Below, piece by piece: positions 55,837-64,000 of a stretch of DNA of 64,000 nt. The first letter of the stretch is position 1. Each line of letters starts with the position of its first letter. Under the pieces are notes generated by a model. It made no database searches. It worked only from the letters and a program-made list of their open reading frames with translations, and was not told where the DNA came from. This DNA is from Promethearchaeota archaeon. Its GTDB lineage: Archaea; Asgardarchaeota; Hermodarchaeia; Hermodarchaeales; Hermodarchaeaceae. The DNA is taken from NCBI GenBank assembly GCA_048939245.1, contig JBHLPR010000001.1, positions 18,622-82,621 on the forward strand. Direction: 5' to 3'. Made by a program: the position numbers and the translations under genes.

Positions 55837-57084
55837 ATGCACGAAGAGCTGAGTAATGACCTCATAATACGAACAGGCACAAAAGCCGATCGTAACGCTA
55901 TCAAAGCTCATGTTCAAGCCGTCCATGGAAAAACAGTAGCACCCATGATAGACCGACTGTTTCACTATCACCCCAACTTCCATTTTTCAGATAATTTCAT
56001 TGTCGAAGACACAAAAACAAGAAAGATCGTAGCCTATTATTGCCTGAAACTTAACAAGGCTATTTTCGGGGGACAAAAAATCCCCTTAGGACAAATGGAA
56101 ATCGTGGGAACATTGGAAGCTTACCGAAACCGAGGCTTGATACGCAAACTGAATGAAACTTTCGAACAGCGCGTAAAAGAATACAAACTCCCCATAGTCA
56201 TCATCGCTGGGATTCCCTATTACTATCGAAAACTCGGCTATGAATATGCAATTCAAATGGGTGGAACACTTACCATTCCCATGGAACAAATTCCTTCTCT
56301 GAAGAAAGGTGAAAAAGAGCCTATCTCCATTGAAGAGGTCACTCCGGACACATTCCCTGAATACCTACAAGCACGGAAGAAACGGAATGCCTATCTTGAT
56401 TTCTACCGAGATATTTCAGAAGCCGAGTTCCCTTATCTTACCTCTGGAACGCTGAGTGATGAATCTGTGTACAAATTCCATTTAGTCCGATTCCAAGAAA
56501 ACGTAGTAGGCATCTTCAGTCTAGCAATTGACTGGGGCGCGGTTGAGGTTGATGATTTATGGGTTGCAGATCTTAACCATTTAGTTCCAATTCTTCGGTT
56601 TTTGAAAAAGATGGCAAGGCGTAAACGCTTACCCCTTCGTATTTTCTATCCCTCCCGTCCAGCAATTGTCCAAACCCTGGAAAGCTTGAGCCGTTCTACT
56701 TTTGGACGACCCTATGCTTGGTATGTAAAAATCCCTTCGATTAAACGTTTCCTAGAACTGGTTAAACCTGTACTGGAAAAACGCTTAGCAAGGTCGGATT
56801 TCAAGGGTTTGACAGATTCGATTCGACTAAGCTGGTATCAAGAGGGTCTTGAATTAGTTTTCAAGAAGAGCAAACTCACATCAATAAAATCGATACCACG
56901 TGCTGAAGTCAAAGATATGCACGTTTCTGTGCCTTTTCCTGTCATTTACCAACTCCTCTTGGGGTATCGGTCTATAGATGAGCTTCGTCAAGTCTACCCT
57001 GATGTAGGTGGCATTTCTATCAAGTCTTCAATCATTCGAGTACTCTTTCCGAAAATTCGAGCCTTATGGAATCCCGAATTCTGA
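55837..57084 (+). CDS. GNAT-family acetyltransferase with extended C-terminal region (Eis-like size)
   Basis: Motif A 'VGTLEAYRNRGLIRKLNETF' and 'GIPYYYRKLGYEY'. Confidence 0.7.
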   Translation: MHEELSNDLIIRTGTKADRNAIKAHVQAVHGKTVAPMIDRLFHYHPNFHFSDNFIVEDTKTRKIVAYYCLKLNKAIFGGQKIPLGQMEIVGTLEAYRNRGLIRKLNETFEQRVKEYKLPIVIIAGIPYYYRKLGYEYAIQMGGTLTIPMEQIPSLKKGEKEPISIEEVTPDTFPEYLQARKKRNAYLDFYRDISEAEFPYLTSGTLSDESVYKFHLVRFQENVVGIFSLAIDWGAVEVDDLWVADLNHLVPILRFLKKMARRKRLPLRIFYPSRPAIVQTLESLSRSTFGRPYAWYVKIPSIKRFLELVKPVLEKRLARSDFKGLTDSIRLSWYQEGLELVFKKSKLTSIKSIPRAEVKDMHVSVPFPVIYQLLLGYRSIDELRQVYPDVGGISIKSSIIRVLFPKIRALWNPEF

Positions 57085-57099
57085 TTCTATGTCTTGGTA

Positions 57100-59751
57100 T
57101 CAGATTAGAGGTTCTTCAGTGAGATCGGGGCTCGTTTGTGTGGGGATCTTTTCACCCTTCAAGATAAGCTGAGCTGCTTCCATGGCTCCATCTTTGAATA
57201 GCGGAAAATTGTTGTTCCCACACTGGTAGGAAAACGTACATGCTGGGCATCCTTCTAATGCTTCACAGGAACATTCATCAAGAATCACGGTTACCCGTCG
57301 AAGGGCTTCTTCCATCCTATCGAAAAGAAGCTTGGACAATCCACTTCCACCAGGGCTTCCATCGTAAATGAAGATGAGTCCTGACGTGCCCATCGACACT
57401 CCCCCGATGGCATTTCGCCCTCCTCCTGTTAACATGTCACTACTCTCAATGAGGGTGTGCTCAAGGGCGTGAAATCCACCGATAATCAATTCCTCTTCCG
57501 TTAATTCATCGTCATCGTTAGATTTGGTCTTGAGTTTAGATGTAACTTTTAACTTCCTGGTGATTTCTTTGACTGCGTTCATTGGGTGTGGTGCTGTGAA
57601 AAAGAAGCCTTTTGTGGGATAGGTAAATTCTAAAATCGTGTCTAAGTCCCTGGTTTTCACTATTTTATCCGAATAGATGTCTTTGGTGACGTATCCAGTG
57701 ATAACCTCTGTCATTCGAAGATCCGCATAGTGGGCTGTCATTCCGTAGACTTGTCTTGTATCCAAGACACGAATGATTTCTGGGTTCACGTGGCGAATAG
57801 GTTGGGTCATCTCCCGATGACCACGTGGCATTTTCTTCACAACCGCCCGACCTACACCATGACGGTATTCAAACTCCATAGATTCGTAGGTAGCTCCTGC
57901 ATGTAGATAATAAGCACCAGGGTGTAATTCGCCCATAGCGATGGGCATTTGGCGTTCGCCGATGATTTTTCCTTCATGGATGATCTTTACACTGTCCCCA
58001 ATGCCACGGATGGAATAGCGAGTTAATTGGCGTCGGGTTTCAATAATATTTGGTTTCAATTTCCCTTTTTGATCTGTTAGCAGCCCCTCGTGGATGAGTT
58101 GTTTCAGGATGGTTTGGAATTCGGTGAATTCATCTTTTGTAAGGGGTAAATCGAGGGCAGCGGCCATTAATTGGTGAAAGGCGACTACTTCGTTGTGCGG
58201 TTCAACGTAGGCAGGATCAATGTCGGTAAAATAATCGTCTGGGTGCTCTCGATAATAGGTACTAATTGCATCATTTTGTCGTAGCGCTAACACTGCAATG
58301 CTCTCTTGTCCCTTTCTTCCTGCACGACCAATCCGTTGGGTGAGTCGTGTAATTCCAACCAGCATCGACACGACACCTTCCAAGTCTCCAATATCAATAC
58401 CCAGTTCAAGCGTTGGCGTGGAAACCAGAACATCAAGTTCACCGCGACGAAAGTCATCTTCGACTCTTCGACGATAGGTCATGGGGAGTCCAGCTCGATG
58501 CACCGCGCTTTTGATCTGGGTTCGTCGGGCGATGAGCGATATTACTTCAGCGTTCTTGTGGGTGTTGGCAAAGACCAAGGTTTTCAAATCATGCTGAACC
58601 AATTCGCGTGCAACGCTGGCTATCATTGTGCTTTGGCTCACTCGTTCAGGATAGAGCATAAGGAAATGGATAGTTCCCTTTTTTCCTGTGTCACAATGAA
58701 TATTCACCACTGATCGCCCAAAGAGCAATTCAGCGAATTCTTGGGCATTGGCTACCGTTGCAGAAGCTCCAATGATTTGCAGGGGCGGACAAATTCGTTC
58801 CAAACGCCGTAAGAGAAAATGGACGTTCGACCCAAAGGCTCCCACATACACGTGAAGCTCATCAAGGACAACATGTTTAGCTGTGCGTACTAGTCGCCGA
58901 ATTGGATCCCTTGGGCGAATCAAATGGATATGGAGCATATCGGGGTTTGTAATCAGGATATCTGGGGGCTGACGAAAAATCGTAGCTCTTTGCGCCTTAG
59001 GTGTGTCACCGTCGAGAACAGCCACATCCAAACCCACACTGGATGCTAAGGTTGCTAGTTTTCCAGCTTGATCTCGCGCAAGAGCCTTTGTTGGGTAAAT
59101 GAAGATTGCCTGAACAGCCCGTTTCTCCGCTGCACGCAGTGGTCCCCATCCGGTTTGCCTTTTCAAAATTTGTTGAATAATTGGCAGGGCAAATGCTTCA
59201 GTCTTACCTGTCGCAGTTGGCGCTGAAACCACTACGTCATGTCCTTCACGAATTTGCTGAATGGCTTTCTCTTGAAACTGGAAGAGCTGCGTCACACCTT
59301 GCCGTTTGAGAGCAGTTTTCAGCTGTTCATTCAAGGGTGCAGTGTCTATAGAACAGCCAAGTTCTGGAGCGGTTTCGGGGAATTGTCGATATTTTACCAA
59401 GTGGTACGCTGAATCCATGAGAATGCGTTGTACAACTTCGGGGAGGGAGTCGAAAGAAGAGACGCCTGCTTTTCCAAGTTGCCGTTTCCATTCTTCCCGT
59501 GATCGCGGTGGAGCACGTTGAACTGGTTTCTCAATTCTTTTCCGAGATTTCTCTTTGATAGGTGCTTTTTGTGTGGGTTCACCACGTTCCATAATATCCA
59601 TGAACCGAAGATAGGCGGCGACGGGATCACTTACTTCTCCTGGGCGTGTCCGATGACTTGCACCACATTGCGTACAGATGACTTTGAACTGGTTTCCGGT
59701 GCGGCGAACCTCTACATACCCAGAACAGCGTGGACAAATCCGGTAGCACAT
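57100..59751 (-). CDS. DEAD/DEAH-box helicase with C-terminal DUF1998/MZB domain (MrfA/YprA/Hrq1-like) and N-terminal zinc ribbon
   Basis: N-terminal 'CPRCSGYVE...CTQCG'. Motif I 'APTATGKTEAF', motif II 'VLDELHVY', motif III 'GASAT', motif VI 'QRIGRAGRKG'. C-terminal 'HALEHTLI' and 'CSCEALEGCPACTFSYQCGNNN'. Confidence 0.85.
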   Translation of the reverse strand: MCYRICPRCSGYVEVRRTGNQFKVICTQCGASHRTRPGEVSDPVAAYLRFMDIMERGEPTQKAPIKEKSRKRIEKPVQRAPPRSREEWKRQLGKAGVSSFDSLPEVVQRILMDSAYHLVKYRQFPETAPELGCSIDTAPLNEQLKTALKRQGVTQLFQFQEKAIQQIREGHDVVVSAPTATGKTEAFALPIIQQILKRQTGWGPLRAAEKRAVQAIFIYPTKALARDQAGKLATLASSVGLDVAVLDGDTPKAQRATIFRQPPDILITNPDMLHIHLIRPRDPIRRLVRTAKHVVLDELHVYVGAFGSNVHFLLRRLERICPPLQIIGASATVANAQEFAELLFGRSVVNIHCDTGKKGTIHFLMLYPERVSQSTMIASVARELVQHDLKTLVFANTHKNAEVISLIARRTQIKSAVHRAGLPMTYRRRVEDDFRRGELDVLVSTPTLELGIDIGDLEGVVSMLVGITRLTQRIGRAGRKGQESIAVLALRQNDAISTYYREHPDDYFTDIDPAYVEPHNEVVAFHQLMAAALDLPLTKDEFTEFQTILKQLIHEGLLTDQKGKLKPNIIETRRQLTRYSIRGIGDSVKIIHEGKIIGERQMPIAMGELHPGAYYLHAGATYESMEFEYRHGVGRAVVKKMPRGHREMTQPIRHVNPEIIRVLDTRQVYGMTAHYADLRMTEVITGYVTKDIYSDKIVKTRDLDTILEFTYPTKGFFFTAPHPMNAVKEITRKLKVTSKLKTKSNDDDELTEEELIIGGFHALEHTLIESSDMLTGGGRNAIGGVSMGTSGLIFIYDGSPGGSGLSKLLFDRMEEALRRVTVILDECSCEALEGCPACTFSYQCGNNNFPLFKDGAMEAAQLILKGEKIPTQTSPDLTEEPLI

Positions 59752-59845
59752 CGTTTGCTCCCACCAGCGCTTTCAATTATCTATAATTTAAAGACTTTAG
59801 GAGAGCCTATGATAAATGTAAAGAAAGAACTAAAGGTTTTAAGGG

Positions 59846-60268
59846 TTGAAGCTCTCTCCTCTCATTGGGGAGTTGTGCATTAGAATTCAATCAAAGTCTA
59901 GGAAGCCCATAAAATCTCGGATTGCTGACTGGCTCTACAATTATTGGTCCTATTTTCTTGTGATGGTGCTGTTTCCTCTCATTTTTGGTTTCATTATGGT
60001 TGTCATAGCCTTTTATTGGGTTCTTGTGTATATTTTCGCAAATTATTGGCCCATCCTTCTCCTTCTTTTTGTTTTAACAATCGGGGTCATGATATTTGTA
60101 TTCCTAATTCCTGAGAGAAAGGGACAAGTACAAATCGACAGAATCCGACGAGAAATGGATCAGCAAATAAGTATCCCACAAACGCCTGGGGGAAGAAACA
60201 CAGGAAAAGGAGGATTTCCGATTAGTAGTGGAAGGCGAACACGCCGTCACCGAAAAGATGGGGACTGA
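59846..60268 (+). CDS. Small two-TM protein, paralog A
   Basis: Two TM helices, then 'IPERKGQVQIDRIRREMDQ' and a basic Gly-rich tail. Start uncertain. Confidence 0.45.
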   Translation: MKLSPLIGELCIRIQSKSRKPIKSRIADWLYNYWSYFLVMVLFPLIFGFIMVVIAFYWVLVYIFANYWPILLLLFVLTIGVMIFVFLIPERKGQVQIDRIRREMDQQISIPQTPGGRNTGKGGFPISSGRRTRRHRKDGD

Positions 60269-60356
60269 GAACTTCAAATCCCGATTCTAAACAAGACCTG
60301 TACTCTCGATCACTCAACATAGCTTTAAATTCCTGAAGTAATGAGATTGGTATAAG

Positions 60357-60698
60357 GTGAGTAGGATTTCGGTTGGTAAAAGTAAACCCAAACGTAGAAT
60401 GAGTAGGGAACAAAGGAGCCGGGAAACGTGCCTTTTAGGGTTGTTTCTCTTCTTGACTTTAATTTTTGCTGGGCTTCTTATAACGGTCCCGTTTTTTGCA
60501 GTACTATTTGGGCTCTTTGCTGGTTTGTTTTTCATCTTTCTAATTCTTCCTCGGGATCGGGTGCCCCCCGACCTTAAACGCATTAGAAGGGATATTGATC
60601 GCCGTGCTCATTTTCCTGCTGGTGCGTATGGAAAGGGTGTCGTGAGTTTTGAGGATGGAGGACCTACTCCCTATCAAAAAGAGGATAAGGACTATTAA
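60357..60698 (+). CDS. Small two-TM protein, paralog B
   Basis: Basic N-terminus, two TM helices, then 'LPRDRVPPDLKRIRRDIDR', which is alignable to paralog A. Confidence 0.45.
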   Translation: MSRISVGKSKPKRRMSREQRSRETCLLGLFLFLTLIFAGLLITVPFFAVLFGLFAGLFFIFLILPRDRVPPDLKRIRRDIDRRAHFPAGAYGKGVVSFEDGGPTPYQKEDKDY

Positions 60699-60717
60699 CA
60701 TCTCGAATCAGTGGTAT

Positions 60718-61197
60718 TTAATCGAGATAGTTTTTGATGAGATAGAGGAGCTCTTCTTCTAACGTGGGGAGGATTTGAGGATTCTCTATGATACGGGCAA
60801 TTTCAGTACCATCAGGGGCATAAAGAAGAATGGTGGGAATGGCTTTGATATTGAGGGTATCGACTTCCGGAGGGCTTGGAGGGACCGCCCATTGACGCCT
60901 AGGGTTTAAGGGGTCGGTTTTTACACCACCAAGAACATAGATTGGTATGCCCGTTGCCTCGTGGATCAGTTCGAGGACAGGAATATTGGCTACGCAATCC
61001 TTACACCAATCGGCTCCAATGGCGACCACCACGAATTGGTTTGCACTCTTCTTTATGGATTCAAGAACTTCGGTTTTTGGTTGGTATTCTGTGCGTCTTG
61101 CTTCGTATTTTGGGCGACAATCGACTGAACAGGTGGTCATGTATTCAGAAATCGGCTTTGCACGGGTTAGCATATCCTCAAATTGCTGAGATATCAT
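60718..61197 (-). CDS. Thioredoxin-fold protein (CxxC)
   Basis: 'VVAIGADWCKDCVANIPVLE'. The ORF is open to 61311, but that would overlap the upstream gene by 80 nt, so ATG 61197 ('MISQQFEDML') is preferred. Confidence 0.6.
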   Translation of the reverse strand: MISQQFEDMLTRAKPISEYMTTCSVDCRPKYEARRTEYQPKTEVLESIKKSANQFVVVAIGADWCKDCVANIPVLELIHEATGIPIYVLGGVKTDPLNPRRQWAVPPSPPEVDTLNIKAIPTILLYAPDGTEIARIIENPQILPTLEEELLYLIKNYLD

Positions 61198-61231
61198 GAG
61201 TTTTTCAACCGCACTAAAATTTTGTTTGCCA

Positions 61232-62041
61232 CTATAAGGTAATGATCTGAGTGTCGCGGGGAACAATAATTTTACCTGAGAAAGAGGTTCGAATACTGCG
61301 CAGCGCCTCACCTAGCTCTTCAAGGAGCTCAGGATACAAATGAGTCAGCACCAAAGCCTTGACATCAGCTTCAGCCGCGAGTCTGCCTAAATCCTCAGGT
61401 GTCGTGTGCGTAGACGCTTCTTCCTTCATGCGGTCTGGAAAAGAACATTCATGAATCAACAAATCAGCACCTTTTGCTGCTTTTAGCACGGTCTTGCAAG
61501 GGGCTGTATCTCCAGAGTAGACAACACGTTTGCCCTCGGCTTCAATATGGAACCCATACGCCTCAATATCGCCATGATCCACTGGAAACGCCAACACAGT
61601 CCAATTCCGAGTTTTAACTTGGAATCCGGGTTCAACCTGATGATACTTGAGCTTGACCTTCCCCTGCAAATAAGAGAAAATTTGCCCAAGACTACCAACC
61701 ATTTTAAGCAACAATGAAGGCGCATAGACATTCAACGTCTTTTCATAACCAGAAAGCCAAAGGCTCTGGATGAGAGCAACTATGTCTGAAACATGATCAA
61801 TATGTAAATGACTGATGAAAATGTGCTCAATTTTGCTGATATCCTCTAGACTACACGAAAGACGATGAAGGACACCTGCCCCTAAATCAAAAATGAGAGG
61901 CTCTCCTGCGATTTCTATCATCAATCCAGCAGATACACGGTCCGGAGAAAGCAGCGACGCCCCGCTGCCTAGAATCGTTACTTCCAATAGGCTCGACCCC
62001 ACACAGCTTGAAGTACTCACCCTTTTATCAACTTTCCTCAA
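61232..62041 (-). CDS. Metallo-beta-lactamase-fold hydrolase (RNase Z/ElaC-like size)
   Basis: 'ILGSGAS', 'IFDLGAG', 'FISHLHIDHVSD', 'SGDT', 'LTHL'. Exact start uncertain (TTG/GTG candidates). Confidence 0.7.
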   Translation of the reverse strand: MRKVDKRVSTSSCVGSSLLEVTILGSGASLLSPDRVSAGLMIEIAGEPLIFDLGAGVLHRLSCSLEDISKIEHIFISHLHIDHVSDIVALIQSLWLSGYEKTLNVYAPSLLLKMVGSLGQIFSYLQGKVKLKYHQVEPGFQVKTRNWTVLAFPVDHGDIEAYGFHIEAEGKRVVYSGDTAPCKTVLKAAKGADLLIHECSFPDRMKEEASTHTTPEDLGRLAAEADVKALVLTHLYPELLEELGEALRSIRTSFSGKIIVPRDTQIITL

Positions 62042-62141
62042 AAGTAAAAAAACCTATTATATTCACACTAACTACGCAAAGTTGAAATAGCTTCGACATA
62101 GAGTAAGAAAAGTAAGCGGAAGCTACCCTCAGGGGATCCGG

Positions 62142-62993
62142 ATGATACACCACGTCTACATCATCGACGCACGCGATGAGATCGTCGTCCAGAAAAAATT
62201 CTGGATTATTACAGTCAATGTCAGAGAAATGCAAGACTTTGCTAGCCGTGTCAAAGAAGCCCAAGATACCATCATCGAAGAAATCGGACCTATCAAATAC
62301 ATCGGCAAACCCTTGGGACGTGGCATCGTCGTCCTCTGCGCCGAAGGCGTCGACGATGACGACACCCTCCGCGAAAAACTGGACCGCGTCACCTACGAAT
62401 TCCGCCGGGTCATCAGCTACGAAGTCGAATACGAAACCTTCATGGACAAAGTCGACGAATACGTCACCACCACCCTCAAAGTTAGCATCATCGGCTACGG
62501 CGGCGTCGGCAAAACAACCCTCGTCACCCTCCTCAATGGTGGTGTTCCCCCCACAACCTATGTTCCCACCATCGCCATCGACATCCAAAAAATCGAAGGC
62601 GCCCGTATCGGCACCTACGAAGTCTCCACCTGGGACTTTGCCGGCCAGGATCGCTTCCGCAAGCTTTGGGAACTCTACTTCCGCGGAAGCCGAATTATCC
62701 TTCTAGTCACCGATTCCACCTTAGAAAATGTATTGAACAGCAAAGACATCATCGACCTGATTCGACGCAAAGACATCGCTGCCCAGTTACTCGCCATCGC
62801 GAACAAACAAGACCTTCCCGGAGCATTATCTCCCCAATTAGTCCAACGAATTTTAGGAATCAAAGCCTATGGAATGGTGGCGATCGATCCGAACAACCGG
62901 GAGAAGGCGCTAGAAATTATCAAGGAAGCCTTGAAATTATCAGCACCCAAGGAAGAACCGGTGGCTCCAAAGCCCGAAATGGTCTTCGAGTAA
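62142..62993 (+). CDS. Arf/SR-beta-like small GTPase with an N-terminal ~105-aa longin/roadblock-like domain
   Basis: The N-terminus follows a beta-beta-alpha-beta-beta-alpha pattern ('IHHVYIIDARDEIVVQKKF...VREMQDFASRVKEAQ...GIVVLCAEG...LREKLDRVTYEFRRV'). GTPase motifs 'GYGGVGKT', 'WDFAGQDRFRKLW' (Arf-type) and 'ANKQDL'. Confidence 0.75.
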   Translation: MIHHVYIIDARDEIVVQKKFWIITVNVREMQDFASRVKEAQDTIIEEIGPIKYIGKPLGRGIVVLCAEGVDDDDTLREKLDRVTYEFRRVISYEVEYETFMDKVDEYVTTTLKVSIIGYGGVGKTTLVTLLNGGVPPTTYVPTIAIDIQKIEGARIGTYEVSTWDFAGQDRFRKLWELYFRGSRIILLVTDSTLENVLNSKDIIDLIRRKDIAAQLLAIANKQDLPGALSPQLVQRILGIKAYGMVAIDPNNREKALEIIKEALKLSAPKEEPVAPKPEMVFE

Positions 62994-63079
62994 CAACTCC
63001 TCTTTTGGTCTTTGCCAGCTCAGAATCGTTGAAATATTCCCCTTTCTCTATTAAGTATGGATAATGGGAGTTTGTATAA

Positions 63080-63367
63080 ATGCTGTATATTATTTATGTT
63101 CAGCCTTATCTTGCACTCCCGCTCATCATAGTAAATTTAGCTGTGATTTATTGGGTGAAGAAACAAAGCGAAAGATCAAGAGGGGCGTCCTGTAATGACA
63201 TCGTTCTAGCTGTGGTGTTTGCCTGTATAGCCCTCTCTCTAGGAATGACGTCCTCTTTCTATTCAATTTTAGAGCCTGTGCTGATCATTTTTGCAGTTGA
63301 TGCTTTCCTCATCATGTTATGGGTTGTCTGGAAACTAGTCTACAAAACCGGGAAACAATATCGCTAA
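63080..63367 (+). CDS. Small three-TM membrane protein
   Basis: Hydrophobic helices only. No motif recognised. Confidence 0.4.
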   Translation: MLYIIYVQPYLALPLIIVNLAVIYWVKKQSERSRGASCNDIVLAVVFACIALSLGMTSSFYSILEPVLIIFAVDAFLIMLWVVWKLVYKTGKQYR

Positions 63368-63454
63368 TGTAGGGTTCTTATCGTTTGGTTTTGGTCGAGT
63401 TTTACTGGAGTCAAGAACACAAAATTTGGGGATAAGTATTAGCAGGTTTATCAG

Positions 63455-64000
63455 TTATTCATCGTCTGTTTTTCTTCCAATTAGATAGGTTAAACCGGTG
63501 ATAATTGTAAAAATAACAACTAATGCAAGGCATGTATTGATGATAGTTGCTTGTGGGGTAATAGGAGGAGGTGTTGGTGGCGGTGGCTCTGGTGGCAGTG
63601 GCTCTGTTCCTGGGACAAGAACATAGCTGTTGACAATTAGACTCCAACCGCTAGCCCATCCTTCGTTGTCGTAGGCCTGAACGCGGAAGTAGAAGATTGT
63701 GTCATTTTCGAGCCATTCGATAAAAAGTGATGTATCTGCATGTGCTCCATTATTCAAAAGGGGGTAGAATAGCGGGGATTGGGCAATTTCGTATCGATAG
63801 AAAGTCACAACGCCGTCTAAATCCTTGCTGGTCGTCCAGATTACCGTTATGTTATGTGATGGATTTGGATTCTGAAGAGGATTAACCAGAGGACGAGTCG
63901 GTCGACTATGATTAAATCCATAAATTGAAATGTAAAAGGACCTATTTCCTGACACTTGGTTTATTTCTTCATGTGCGACAACCAACTGTGTGTGGTTCAC
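63455..64000 (-). CDS. C-terminal part of a surface protein: FN3-like domain, Pro-rich linker, TM anchor (5' end outside window)
   Basis: 'YFRVQAYDNEGWASGWS' (FN3-like strand pattern), 'PLPPEPPPPTPPPITP', and a C-terminal TM followed by 'GRKTDDE'. The frame is open to the window edge. Confidence 0.55.
   Translation of the reverse strand: MNHTQLVVAHEEINQVSGNRSFYISIYGFNHSRPTRPLVNPLQNPNPSHNITVIWTTSKDLDGVVTFYRYEIAQSPLFYPLLNNGAHADTSLFIEWLENDTIFYFRVQAYDNEGWASGWSLIVNSYVLVPGTEPLPPEPPPPTPPPITPQATIINTCLALVVIFTIITGLTYLIGRKTDDE

Noticed and set aside
58306-58713. A 135-aa plus-strand ORF inside the DUF1998 helicase gene.
   Set aside because: It is antisense to conserved helicase motifs (III-VI region) and has no recognisable features of its own.
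61198-61311. An N-terminal 38-aa extension of the thioredoxin-like ORF that overlaps the upstream MBL gene by 80 nt.
   Set aside because: The internal ATG at 61197 gives a normal-length thioredoxin-fold protein and a 34-nt intergenic spacer, so the extension is probably untranslated.
62028-62588. A 186-aa antisense ORF rich in D/G/V/F ('DVDGDGGNIGCGG...DDDATSQGF'), plus the overlapping ORFs 62176-62706 (+) and 62156-62392 (-).
   Set aside because: They lie entirely within, or antisense to, the strongly C3-biased first part of the GTPase gene, where stop codons are rare in several frames. The sequences are low-complexity with no motifs. The GTPase frame carries clear G1/G3/G4 motifs.
1-64000. 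Searched by eye for CRISPR arrays, long direct or terminal inverted repeats, transposase/integrase genes, tRNA/rRNA genes and toxin-antitoxin pairs.
   Set aside because: None was found. All intergenic gaps are under 300 nt. The only repeats are the short ones reported, and no ORF shows DDE, tyrosine- or serine-recombinase, or Cas motifs. A tRNAscan/Infernal run would be needed to exclude small RNAs formally.

Overview
This looks like a gene-dense chromosomal segment of an archaeon, very probably from the Asgard lineage. That assignment is an inference from gene content only. Archaeal markers present: topoisomerase VI B/A, isopentenyl phosphate kinase, geranylgeranyl reductase, HdrA(-MvhD)/HdrC/HdrB, an MtrH-like methyltransferase and 6-phospho-3-hexuloisomerase. 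Alongside them are many eukaryote-signature-type genes: five Ras-superfamily small GTPases (three Rab/Ras-like, one MglA-like, one Arf-like with an N-terminal longin-like domain), a tandem Roadblock/LC7 protein, a V4R/TRAPP-like protein, a 7-blade WD40 protein, an E1-like ThiF enzyme and a long coiled-coil protein. About 60 protein-coding genes are supported. GC is in the low 40s % from hand counts of sampled lines. Several stop/start overlaps (top6B/top6A, hdrA/hdrC/hdrB, glcD-like/glcF-like) indicate operons. I found no rRNA, tRNA, CRISPR array, transposase, integrase or obvious prophage. The features most worth follow-up are: (1) a GC-rich, helix-rich 210-nt element in a convergent intergenic gap, a candidate unclassified ncRNA; (2) the tandem-Roadblock + MglA-like GTPase pair; (3) a longin-like::Arf-like GTPase with an abrupt codon-usage switch inside the gene; (4) an unknown N-terminal domain fused to isopentenyl phosphate kinase; (5) two RecA/RadB-like proteins with destroyed Walker A motifs, one on a GC-rich island; (6) a coiled-coil protein directly upstream of the E1-like enzyme in a sulfur-relay neighbourhood with no Ubl gene. 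All functional calls come from motifs read by eye in the supplied translations. No database search or computation was run.
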